Part shown: positions 27,309-35,779 of the stretch, one piece after another | Numbering within the stretch: the first letter of the stretch is position 1 | Layout: each line of letters starts with the position of its first letter | DNA from: an uncultured Chryseobacterium sp. | Lineage (GTDB): Bacteria > Bacteroidota > Bacteroidia > Flavobacteriales_F > PHOS-HE28 | Reading direction: 5' to 3' | Assembly: GCA_964649165.1 (NCBI GenBank) | Contig: CAZYPC010000007.1 | Coordinates: 10,557 to 74,556 of the forward strand | DNA: 64,000 nucleotides | Notes under the pieces: generated by a model | Seen by the model: only the letters and a program-made list of their open reading frames with translations | Database searches by the model: none | What the model was told of the DNA's origin: nothing | Translations under genes and position numbers: made by a program

Positions 27309-28253
27309 TCAGATGCCGTCGATGATCTGCTCGAATTGCGCGAGGGTCGTTGGCGCGAAGGTCAGCGGCACATCGATGCCGCTCGTGATGGACACGGTGC
27401 TGAAGGCTGAATAGTACTGCGTGCCGTTGCGGTAGAGGCCGATCACGGTGGCCGACATGCCGACAGGAGCTACCTGCCATGAAGTGGCCGTCTGGCCAAG
27501 CGAATAGCTGAAACCCATCACCGCGTTCTCGGACGGGAAACCTACCCAGAGCATGGTGCTGTCCATCGGCTGACCTGCGGGAACGGTGGCATGGATGTAG
27601 GTCGTATTCGGGTAGCTGGCGAAATAGTCGCAATTGATCCATTGGAGGCTGTCCGCCTGGAACGCATAGTAAACACCACCACCGAACATCGTGTCCTCCA
27701 CGAGTGTCACTTGGACAGAGTCCGCCAGCGTCCAGACCATTCCGCTATCGCGCGGTTCATTGGCGGTGAACAGGCGCATATTCCCATCCGGCGCTCCCGT
27801 TGGCATGAGTACGGTCATTCCGGCCGGCCCCAACTGCAGCTCGTTCCCGTTCTGTGTCGCGGTCACGCGGATCTCCCCACCACTTCGCAGAAGACGGTCA
27901 GTGCCATTGTCATCACCCACCGTCTGCGTGTTGGTCCAGACCATACGCCCGATGGACAACGCTTCCAGTAGCTTCACCTGGACCGTGCCGCTCACGACAT
28001 TCCCGTCCGCCGTGCGGAACACGTTCGCCGGGAAAAGGATGCGCGTGCCGGCCGCACCGGTCACCAGTCCGCCCGCGCCGGCGTTCACCGTGAAGGTCTG
28101 GGTCTCTTGTGCGATGTGGTCGGTGAACAGGTCCCGCAACACGCTCGACGATGTGGGCGATGAAGGACCACCGCCACCATCATCGTCCTTGTTGCATGCG
28201 GTAACAAGGAACAAAGCGGTCGCTGGCACGAGCAGGAAACTGGGCTTCTTCAT
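27309..28253 (-). CDS. Hypothetical lipoprotein
   Basis: MKKPSFLLVPATALFLVTAC lipobox followed by a Gly/Ser/Pro linker. No domain recognised. Confidence 0.7.
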   Translation of the reverse strand: MKKPSFLLVPATALFLVTACNKDDDGGGGPSSPTSSSVLRDLFTDHIAQETQTFTVNAGAGGLVTGAAGTRILFPANVFRTADGNVVSGTVQVKLLEALSIGRMVWTNTQTVGDDNGTDRLLRSGGEIRVTATQNGNELQLGPAGMTVLMPTGAPDGNMRLFTANEPRDSGMVWTLADSVQVTLVEDTMFGGGVYYAFQADSLQWINCDYFASYPNTTYIHATVPAGQPMDSTMLWVGFPSENAVMGFSYSLGQTATSWQVAPVGMSATVIGLYRNGTQYYSAFSTVSITSGIDVPLTFAPTTLAQFEQIIDGI

Positions 28254-28319
28254 GGGCGGATGATGAGGATTATGACCTCAAGAGCCCCCATTGGACCGGA
28301 ACGTTGCCCAGGCAGCGGA

Positions 28320-29777
28320 TCAGGCCTGTACCACGTCTCGGGGAGCTCTGGACACGAGCCACAGTCCGAAAAAGGTCAGCGCTCCGTTCACGATGAGCGT
28401 CTCGAAGCCCATCTGGTAACCACCGAACAAAGCGGCGCTGTTGGCGCGCAGGAGGAAGGTGGCGAGCGCGGCATTGACACACACCAGCGGCACGGCGGCT
28501 CCCTGGACATCCCAACGCGTGAACAGGCCGAAGGCGAAAAGCCCGAGCAATGGCCCGTAGGTGATGGCCGCAAGATCAAAGAGCGTTTTGACGATGGTGG
28601 GATCCTGTCGCCAGTGGAAGTAGAGGATGCTGCTGAAGAACACCACGGCCATGGACAGATGCACGATACGCCTGACGAACCGCTGGCGGGCTTCGTCCCA
28701 GCCACGGTCGCGGATGCCGATCAGGTCGATGCATGTGCTGGCGGTGAGCGCCGTCAGCGCACCATCCGCGCTGGGGAAGAGAGCGCTGATGAGGCCCACG
28801 ATGAACAGGAGCCCCAGCCATGGGGGGAACTGTTTCAAGGCCATCTCCGGGAACAAGTGATCGCTCTTCTCCGGCGACGCGACGCCCATCTCGCCGGCCT
28901 TGAGCCACAGCAGCGCGCCGAGCAGCAGAAAGAGCACGTTCACGCCAAGGAGCACCACGCTGAACACACGCATGTTCTTCTGCGCTCCCTCCACCGTGCG
29001 GACGCTCAGGTTCTTCTGCATCATCTCCTGGTCCAGGCCGGTCATGACGATGGTGATGAATATGCCGCTCAGTACCTGCTTCAGGAAGTAGCCATCGCTC
29101 TTCCAATCCAGGTTCCACACGCCCATCATCCCGCTTGATGAAAGCATGGTTCCCCACTCCCACATGCCTGCACTGTTGATGATGAACACGATGGTGCCCA
29201 ACAGTGCCGCGAGCATGAACACGGTCTGGAGCGTATCCGTCCAGACGATGGTCTTCACCCCTCCCTGGAACGTGTACAGCACGATCATGAGCATGACCAC
29301 CGCGGCGGTGAGCCAGAACGGGATGCCCATGTCTTCCAAGGTGAACACGTGGATCACGTTCAACACCACATAGATGCGCAACGTTGCCCCCATCAAGCGG
29401 GAGAGTATGAACCAGGACGCGCCGGTCCGATAGCTCACCGGGCCGAGCCGTTCGCGGAGGTATCCGTAGATGCTGGTGAGCTGCATCCGGTAGTACAACG
29501 GCAGCAGGATGCCGGCCACGATCCAATAGCCTATGGCGAACCCGATCACCAACTGCAGGTAGGTCCAATGGCTCTTCGCCACCCCGCCCGGAACGCTGAT
29601 GAAGGTGACCCCGCTCAAGCTCGTTCCGATCATGCCGAAGGCCACCACCCACCAAAGGCTCTTGCGTTCACCGCTGTAGAAGGCATGCTCTCCCGCACCA
29701 CGACCGGTGTACCAAGCGATGCCGAGCAGTAGCAGGAAGTAGCCGAAGACGATGGAGAGCAGGAGAACAGGGCTCAT
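28320..29777 (-). CDS. Sodium:solute symporter (SSF) family transporter
   Basis: Track ORF is 28320..30716 (798 aa). Only the distal 485 aa, from ATG 29777 (MSPVLLLSIVFGYFLLLLGIAWY), are polytopic and SSF-like. The upstream 313 aa look like junk and overlap a plus-strand gene and the SRP RNA. Confidence 0.85.
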   Translation of the reverse strand: MSPVLLLSIVFGYFLLLLGIAWYTGRGAGEHAFYSGERKSLWWVVAFGMIGTSLSGVTFISVPGGVAKSHWTYLQLVIGFAIGYWIVAGILLPLYYRMQLTSIYGYLRERLGPVSYRTGASWFILSRLMGATLRIYVVLNVIHVFTLEDMGIPFWLTAAVVMLMIVLYTFQGGVKTIVWTDTLQTVFMLAALLGTIVFIINSAGMWEWGTMLSSSGMMGVWNLDWKSDGYFLKQVLSGIFITIVMTGLDQEMMQKNLSVRTVEGAQKNMRVFSVVLLGVNVLFLLLGALLWLKAGEMGVASPEKSDHLFPEMALKQFPPWLGLLFIVGLISALFPSADGALTALTASTCIDLIGIRDRGWDEARQRFVRRIVHLSMAVVFFSSILYFHWRQDPTIVKTLFDLAAITYGPLLGLFAFGLFTRWDVQGAAVPLVCVNAALATFLLRANSAALFGGYQMGFETLIVNGALTFFGLWLVSRAPRDVVQA

Positions 29778-29906
29778 GGTCGTTGGATGGTCGCGAAAGA
29801 TGGCTTTCGTGCTGAAGGCAGAACGACCCGACGCACGAGACTTGCGAACCGCGCGGGCGGGATCGCGCGACAGACTACCTTGCAGCGGATCCACCACAAC
29901 AACAGC

Positions 29907-30533
29907 ATGGTCCGTAAGGCTCTCCTCTTCACCGCTCTTTCTGGCTGCTTCGTCGCTCAGGCGCAGAACGCCACCATCTCCCGCTTCAAATTCTGGACGG
30001 CCGACACGGCCTACTCCATCTGGAGCGACACCAGCACGGTGGTCACCTTCAAAACGGCGGACGGCTCGACCACCACCGTGCCCACGACGGATACGATCTA
30101 CACCTATACCGTCGAGCAATTGAACAAACGGCTCGACATCCGACTGGAGAATCTCAACGTCGACGGCACGGCTGGCGATGATGGCAAAGAGCGCATCACC
30201 GGTTTTCCCGACCGGAAGGTGAAAGCGGTGCTCGCAGATGGCAAATTCGGGATGGTGGTCGAAGTGGAGGTCACCGTCTTCGCCGTTCTGCGCAAAAGCG
30301 AGAATCCACGCAAAAAGACCCCGGACCGCTCCATCGAGATGAAGGTGACCGTAGAGACCTACGATGGCGCGGGTAACCGGACAGCGAAGTACATGGAGCG
30401 CACACGCGCAGCGGATCTGAAGCGCCCGGCCGGCTGGCAACCTGGATATGACGAGAAGATCGGCCTGACGGGCAACCAGGTCATGGCCCTGTACACCGAG
30501 GCGCTGGAGAACGCGCTGAATACGAAGCGGTGA
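29907..30533 (+). CDS. Secreted hypothetical protein
   Basis: Track ORF is 29787..30533. Start moved to ATG 29907 (MVRKALLFTALSGCFVAQAQ). No domain recognised. Confidence 0.6.
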   Translation: MVRKALLFTALSGCFVAQAQNATISRFKFWTADTAYSIWSDTSTVVTFKTADGSTTTVPTTDTIYTYTVEQLNKRLDIRLENLNVDGTAGDDGKERITGFPDRKVKAVLADGKFGMVVEVEVTVFAVLRKSENPRKKTPDRSIEMKVTVETYDGAGNRTAKYMERTRAADLKRPAGWQPGYDEKIGLTGNQVMALYTEALENALNTKR

Positions 30534-30616
30534 GCGGGGTTGTTGGTTGTCAGGCGGTAGGGTAGCAGCATCGCCGGTACGTCGGCGGACAAACAACGGA
30601 CAACTATCTTCGCCCC

Positions 30617-30714
30617 GGGGCAAGTCCCGTACGACCAGCTCCCGTTGAATCCCCCAGGGCCGGAAGGCAGCAAGGGTAAACGGTTGTAGCGGTGCGATGC
30701 GGGTCGCTTGCCCC
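30617..30714 (+). ncRNA. ffs: Signal recognition particle RNA (small bacterial SRP / 4.5S RNA)
   Basis: Closing helix GGGGCAAG (30617..30624) pairs with CTTGCCCC (30707..30714). The apical region CCCCCAGGGCCGGAAGGCAGCAAGGG matches the domain IV pattern: GNRA loop GGAA closed by GCC/GGC and flanked by the AGG and AGCA loops, as in E. coli AGGUCCGGAAGGAAGCAGCC. A run of 7 T follows at 30717..30723. Confidence 0.8.
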
Positions 30715-30771
30715 ACTTTTTTTGGGGTGACCGAACTTCACACTTCACCACCCACGTCTGACCGTTCCCCT

Positions 30772-31575
30772 TTGATCTCCTCCCCCAAAGTCATCCTCGT
30801 TACCGGTGGCAGCAGCGGCCTGGGCTGGGCCATGTGCCAAAGGCTGGCCGCCCTCGGCCACCAGGTGGTCGGCACGGGCCGTAAACCGGACAAGTCTCCG
30901 GCCGGCTGGCAACTCATCACCATGGACGTGACCGATGAGATCTCCGTGAAGCGTGCGGTGGATGAGGTCATGGCGCGTCACAAACGCATCGACGTACTGG
31001 TGAACAACGCCGGGACCGGCATCCAGGGCGCAGTGGAGGACATCGATGACGCGCTGGCGAAGCAGCTCTTCGAGGCCAACTTCTTCGGGCTGCACCGCGT
31101 GTGCCGGGCCGTGCTGCCGCATATGCGCGCGCAGAAGAGCGGGCTCATCATCAACATCAGCAGCATCGCGGCGAACTTCGGCCTGCCCTATCGCGCCTTC
31201 TACAGCGCCAGCAAGGCGGCGGTGGATCGTTATGGCGAAGCGCTCTGCATCGAAGTGAAGCCCTTCGGCGTCCAGGTGGTCACCGTGCAGCCGGGCGAGT
31301 TCAACACCAACATCCCCAATGCCCGCTTGCGCCCCGCGCAGGTCAGTGAGCCTTACAAGAAAGGCTACGACCGCGCCATGGAGATCCTCGGCGGTAGCAT
31401 GCACTACAGCCGCGATCCGGACGAGCTGGCGGTGGTGGTGGCGAAGATCATCGCTACGCCCCGGCCGAAGAGCTTGTACCGCGTCGCAAAGGGCGTACAG
31501 AAGTTCAGCGTGCTGCTGAAGAAGCTGCTACCGGGAAGACGGTTCGAGCGCATGGTCGGGAAGCACTACGAGTAG
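30772..31575 (+). CDS. SDR family oxidoreductase
   Basis: TGGSSGLG dinucleotide-binding motif, NNAG, and catalytic YSASKAAV. The track start ATG 30697 lies inside the SRP RNA. In-frame TTG 30772 (then ISSPKVILVTGG) is the more plausible start, but the exact start is uncertain. Confidence 0.8.
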   Translation: MISSPKVILVTGGSSGLGWAMCQRLAALGHQVVGTGRKPDKSPAGWQLITMDVTDEISVKRAVDEVMARHKRIDVLVNNAGTGIQGAVEDIDDALAKQLFEANFFGLHRVCRAVLPHMRAQKSGLIINISSIAANFGLPYRAFYSASKAAVDRYGEALCIEVKPFGVQVVTVQPGEFNTNIPNARLRPAQVSEPYKKGYDRAMEILGGSMHYSRDPDELAVVVAKIIATPRPKSLYRVAKGVQKFSVLLKKLLPGRRFERMVGKHYE

Positions 31576-31686
31576 GACAGGTACCATAGTTCTTGAACGC
31601 TCGGCGGTCCGTCCGGAATGAAGCACGCGCCGTTGCGTGAACAACCCCGGGCCATGGCATGCGTCTTGGCCATGACCCGACGACCC

Positions 31687-32985
31687 ATGAAACTGTCCTT
31701 GAACGCCCTGTTGCTGACGTGCATCATCGCAGCGCCCCCCCTTTTCAGCCAGACCAACAGCTATGATTTCGAGGGCGCGGGGGCACTCACCGGCTGGGTC
31801 CGCAGTGACGGGCAACCATTGACCGTAGGGCCGGGTGCCAGCGGTGCGGGCGCACTGGCGGTCATTGTAGGGGAAGCGGGCACCTACGTCCGTGCCTACC
31901 ACCCCATCCCATTCGAGCCTGCGATGGCCTACCGTTACAGCACTTGGAGCAAGAGCAGCGATACAGAGTTGTCCGCTACCGCCCGCCTGGCCTGGGTAGA
32001 CTTCAGCACGGGCGGAACGATCTTCACCGATACGTATTACCTGCCTTGTGGCCTCACAGGCTGGAAGACGACCGGCGTTCATCCGCACCGCCTGCCGCCC
32101 GGGGACTATTCCTCGAACCCGAATGCCCAATTCTGCATCGTACTCGAAGTGGGCGGCAACGCCAGCGGCACCGTCTGGTTCGATGATGTGCGGATCACGC
32201 GCGCCGACCCGGCGAATACGTCCTTTCTCTGGGTGAAAATGATGCTCGGCGGCGCCTATGCCACCAACAGCGGTTCCATGACGAACTACTTGTGCGGCGC
32301 TGGACTTATCACCCAAGTAGAGCCCTATACAGCGCTCGGTTTCCCGCCGGTCGGCGGCAGTTTCGAGCAGGCACCCAGTGCCTGGTGGAGCGTGGCAACG
32401 TTGGACGCACCTGTGGATTGGGTGCGTCTGGAACTGCGCTCAACGCTGGACCCTGCGGTGATCGTGGCCACACGCCACGGTTTGCTGAGCCGCCTGGGTA
32501 ACGTCACCGAGGTCGACGGGGGATCCGCCATCGGATTCAATGTACCACCCGGCAACTACTACCTGGCCGTTCGCCACCGCAACCATTTGGGTGCCATGAC
32601 CGCCGCGCCGGTGACCCTGGCCGCAGCCAGCAACGTGCCGTGGACTCCGTACTCCGGTGTCGATTTCACCTCTGCAACTACCGCCACCTGGGGATCACAA
32701 GCACAGAAAGTGGGTGATACCGTCTACAACTACCGGGTACTGTGGCCCGGGGACGTGACCAGGAACGGCATAGTGAAGTACACCGGCAGCGGTAACGATC
32801 GTGACCCCTTGTTGATCGCGGTCGGAAGCACCACGCCGAACAACATCATCAGCGGTGTTTACAGCGGCAACGACGTGAACATGGATGGTACCATCCGCTA
32901 CACCGGAACGAACAACGACCGGGACCATATCCTCCAGCAGCTCAACAGCCTGCCCAACTCGGAGCGCATCGGACAACTGCCGTAG
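31687..32985 (+). CDS. Secreted protein with CBM-like N-terminal region and two dockerin/EF-hand-like C-terminal repeats
   Basis: Track ORF is 31618..32985. Start moved to ATG 31687 (MKLSLNALLLTCIIAAPPLFSQ). The repeats are GDVTRNGIVKYTGSGNDRDPLL and NDVNMDGTIRYTGTNNDRDHIL. No T9SS CTD. Confidence 0.7.
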   Translation: MKLSLNALLLTCIIAAPPLFSQTNSYDFEGAGALTGWVRSDGQPLTVGPGASGAGALAVIVGEAGTYVRAYHPIPFEPAMAYRYSTWSKSSDTELSATARLAWVDFSTGGTIFTDTYYLPCGLTGWKTTGVHPHRLPPGDYSSNPNAQFCIVLEVGGNASGTVWFDDVRITRADPANTSFLWVKMMLGGAYATNSGSMTNYLCGAGLITQVEPYTALGFPPVGGSFEQAPSAWWSVATLDAPVDWVRLELRSTLDPAVIVATRHGLLSRLGNVTEVDGGSAIGFNVPPGNYYLAVRHRNHLGAMTAAPVTLAAASNVPWTPYSGVDFTSATTATWGSQAQKVGDTVYNYRVLWPGDVTRNGIVKYTGSGNDRDPLLIAVGSTTPNNIISGVYSGNDVNMDGTIRYTGTNNDRDHILQQLNSLPNSERIGQLP

Positions 32986-33045
32986 GCAGGCGTTCCCGTC
33001 GGATCATAACACTGGTGGTTCGTAGGGGTGTACCTAATATTGGGA

Positions 33046-33765
33046 ATGCTGCGACACGTACATGTCGGGGCGCTGACCCTCGCTACCGCGCTTTTGGCCA
33101 TGCAGAGCGCGGCACAGACGTCCTTGGGCGTGAAAGCAGGTCCGAATCTGAGTTCGCTGAAACTCTCCTACACGACGCCAGGGGGCACGGGGCTCAACAA
33201 TACACCACCACCTGACCTGAAGGCCACCGGTGGTGGCTGGCACCTTGGAGGGTACTTCAACACGACCGGTCGATCCATAGCCGGGTTGATCTTCGAGATC
33301 CAGTACAGCCGACGGATCGGATCCGTGGTCTATGACTACACCGTGAGCGAGTCAGGTGTGGACCACCGATACGCGGGCCGCGTGGAATACGCATTCAAAT
33401 ACATCGAGCTGCCATTGTTGGTCTGCGTGCGGCCCATCGATCGGCTTTCCATCCATGCCGGTGGGGCTGTCGCGCTGCTCCGGTCGGGCCATGTGAAGGA
33501 CTGGGGCGAACGGAGTTCCTCGGTCGGTCAGGTAAGCGGCTACACCCCTACCTACGGCCGTACGGACACGGCGGAGGAATTGAACAGATCAAGCGTGGAA
33601 CTGGTGCTGGGCGGAACCGTGAAGCTCGTTGATGAACTGCTGCTTTGCGCCCGCTACGTGATGGACCTGAACGACCTCGACCCGAACACGGGCACAACGG
33701 CCACGGCCAGTCTGTTCCAATTCTCCCTGTGCTACGAAATAGGAGGCGCGAAGAAGCAGAAGTGA
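33046..33765 (+). CDS. Outer membrane beta-barrel protein (porin-family/OMP_b-brl-like)
   Basis: Signal MLRHVHVGALTLATALLAMQSAAQ. Alternating-hydrophobic strands. Typical size of about 240 aa. Confidence 0.7.
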   Translation: MLRHVHVGALTLATALLAMQSAAQTSLGVKAGPNLSSLKLSYTTPGGTGLNNTPPPDLKATGGGWHLGGYFNTTGRSIAGLIFEIQYSRRIGSVVYDYTVSESGVDHRYAGRVEYAFKYIELPLLVCVRPIDRLSIHAGGAVALLRSGHVKDWGERSSSVGQVSGYTPTYGRTDTAEELNRSSVELVLGGTVKLVDELLLCARYVMDLNDLDPNTGTTATASLFQFSLCYEIGGAKKQK

Positions 33766-33920
33766 ACGCTCGAGCAGAGCGGCCCCAAATGCCCCACGCA
33801 CCAGCCGATCGCCAGCACGACAAGACCGGGATATCGCGCTCGGCAAATGCTCCACGGCCATGCTGGTCCTTGGACCGTGCCACTTCACCAATGCGCGCTG
33901 GTGTGCGCCGGGTGAAGGAC

Positions 33921-33928
33921 TACATTTC
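33921..33928 (+). promoter_or_regulatory. Candidate -7 box TACATTTC
   Basis: One mismatch to TAnnTTTG, 20 nt upstream of ATG 33949. Confidence 0.3.
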
Positions 33929-33948
33929 CCCCCACAACCCGGAAAACC

Positions 33949-35190
33949 ATGCGAAGAGTACTATCATGCCTGGCCACCTGCTGCGTTCTCACCGCCTTGC
34001 AAGCCCAACCGGGCTGGACCGTTTACGACCAGAACAACGGCGGCTTGGGCTCCGGCCCTTACTCCGGCGTGGCCATCGATGGCAGCGGCAACGTGTGGGC
34101 CTCCGGCGGCTACCTTGGCGTATCGAAGTTCAACGGCAGCACCTGGACCCATTACACCACCTTCAACTCCGAGCTGCCCACCACCAGCATCAGTGAGCTG
34201 GCCATCGATAATACGGGGCGCATATGGGCTTCAAGCTATCTGGGCATCTCCGTTTTCGAGGGCGGGGATTTCATTCTCTACAACAACACCAATACGCCCC
34301 TGCCTTGCGAAGAGGTGTACACGCTGAACCGCGCACCGGACGGCAAGATGTGGATCGCCTCGCGCGATCTGGGTGTGAGCGGTGGCGTCACCGTGTACGA
34401 CGGTACCAACTGGACGAACCTTACCGGCTACCCGTCGCAGCTCACCACGGCCGACTTCAACCGCTTCGCCTTCACCAGCAGTGGCACGGTGTGGATGGCC
34501 ACACAACCCGCCATGACCAAGTATGAGGGCGGAGCATTCACCTACTACCCGCCCATCACTACCCAACTGGCCATCGCCTACACGGTGGCAGTGGACGACG
34601 CGGGCACCGTGTGGGCCGGTGGCTTCGATGGCCTGCTGAAGTACAACGGTACGTGGAACTTCCAAGAGAACATTTCCTTCGGATTCCCCGCCAACACCCT
34701 CTACTACTGCATGCTGGCGGATGGCAACTACCTGTGGATGGGCACCAGTCAGGGCTTTCTCAAATACAACCGCAACACGGGTACGATCGAGGCCATCTAC
34801 GATGATTCGAACTCGCCCCTGGAGGCGAACGGGGTGAGCGCTGTGAAAAAGGATGCGCAGGGCAATCTGTGGCTCGCCTGCACCGTGGGCGTGGTGAAGA
34901 TGAACCCGTCGGAAGTCGTCGGTATGGAGGACGAAGCGCCCACGACCACGGGCCTGCACCTCTTCCCCAATCCGGCTGCCGATGAGGTTACCCTGCTGAC
35001 CACGGGCCTGCGTTCAGGCTCGGTGGATGTGCGCATCACGGACGCGACCGGTCAACTGGTGCGTTCCGAGCGCAGGGCCCTGGCGCCACAAGTGCGACTC
35101 GATCTGGGCGGCCTTGCAGCGGGGGTTTACCAGGTGAGCGTGTTGGACGAGCGCGGGAAGACGGCTGTGGAGCGCGTGATCGTGAACTGA
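33949..35190 (+). CDS. Two-component-regulator-propeller (Reg_prop)-like seven-bladed protein with T9SS C-terminal domain
   Basis: Seven repeats of the type GNVWASGGYLGVSKFNGSTWTHY / GTVWAGGFDGLLKYNGTWNF. CTD: LHLFPNPAADEVTLL...GVYQVSV. Confidence 0.8.
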   Translation: MRRVLSCLATCCVLTALQAQPGWTVYDQNNGGLGSGPYSGVAIDGSGNVWASGGYLGVSKFNGSTWTHYTTFNSELPTTSISELAIDNTGRIWASSYLGISVFEGGDFILYNNTNTPLPCEEVYTLNRAPDGKMWIASRDLGVSGGVTVYDGTNWTNLTGYPSQLTTADFNRFAFTSSGTVWMATQPAMTKYEGGAFTYYPPITTQLAIAYTVAVDDAGTVWAGGFDGLLKYNGTWNFQENISFGFPANTLYYCMLADGNYLWMGTSQGFLKYNRNTGTIEAIYDDSNSPLEANGVSAVKKDAQGNLWLACTVGVVKMNPSEVVGMEDEAPTTTGLHLFPNPAADEVTLLTTGLRSGSVDVRITDATGQLVRSERRALAPQVRLDLGGLAAGVYQVSVLDERGKTAVERVIVN

Positions 35191-35218
35191 GCCCGGACCG
35201 CAGCAGCGACAGCGGAGT

Positions 35219-35734
35219 ATGCCCAGCATCTTCTCCCACGCCGTTGCCGGACTTGCACTTGCCAGCGTCGGTGCTGCCCGCGACCGCTGGAAGTTGTTGC
35301 TGGCCGCTGCGTTGAGCGCGATGGTCCCGGAACCGGATGCCATTGGCCACATGCTGGGTGTGCCCTACGGGAGTTTCTGGGGGCATCGCGGCTTCACACA
35401 TTCGGTGGCATTCGCCTGCCTCTGGGGTGCAGTGCTCGCGTTCGGGTTCTTCCGTCAACGTCTTTTGCTGGTGTGGCTCGTGCTCGCGCTCGCGACGGTG
35501 AGCCATCCGTTGCTGGACATGTGTACGAACGGAGGTCTGGGCTGTGCACTCTGGGCTCCGTTCAACAATGAGCGGTTGTTCTTCCCATGGAGGCCGATCA
35601 AGGTGGCGCCCATCGGTGTGGGGGCCTTCTTCACCGCGCGGGGCTGGGCGGTGCTGCGCAGCGAGATGGCTTGGGTGTGGGTGCCGAGCACGGTACTGCT
35701 GGTGGTCATCCGCATGCTTCGCGGTCGTCGATAG
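35219..35734 (+). CDS. Membrane-bound metal-dependent hydrolase (YdjM/DUF457-like)
   Basis: MPSIFSHAVAGLAL start, HRGFTHS motif, 4-5 TM segments. Confidence 0.75.
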   Translation: MPSIFSHAVAGLALASVGAARDRWKLLLAAALSAMVPEPDAIGHMLGVPYGSFWGHRGFTHSVAFACLWGAVLAFGFFRQRLLLVWLVLALATVSHPLLDMCTNGGLGCALWAPFNNERLFFPWRPIKVAPIGVGAFFTARGWAVLRSEMAWVWVPSTVLLVVIRMLRGRR

Positions 35735-35779
35735 CCGATTTGCCCAGCGGCTACCTTGGTCGAACCAAACCCCGGCACC

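Noticed and set aside
29778-30716. 313-aa N-terminal extension of the symporter ORF (798-aa ORF 28320..30716)
   Set aside because: The extension is non-membrane, Arg/Gly-rich, and overlaps a plus-strand signal-peptide gene and the SRP RNA. The SSF-like polytopic sequence begins exactly at internal ATG 29777.
30697-30771. ATG 30697 as the start of the SDR gene
   Set aside because: It lies inside the 3' half of the SRP RNA and before its T-run. The encoded N-terminus (MRVACPTFFGVTELHTSPPTSDRSP) adds nothing SDR-like.
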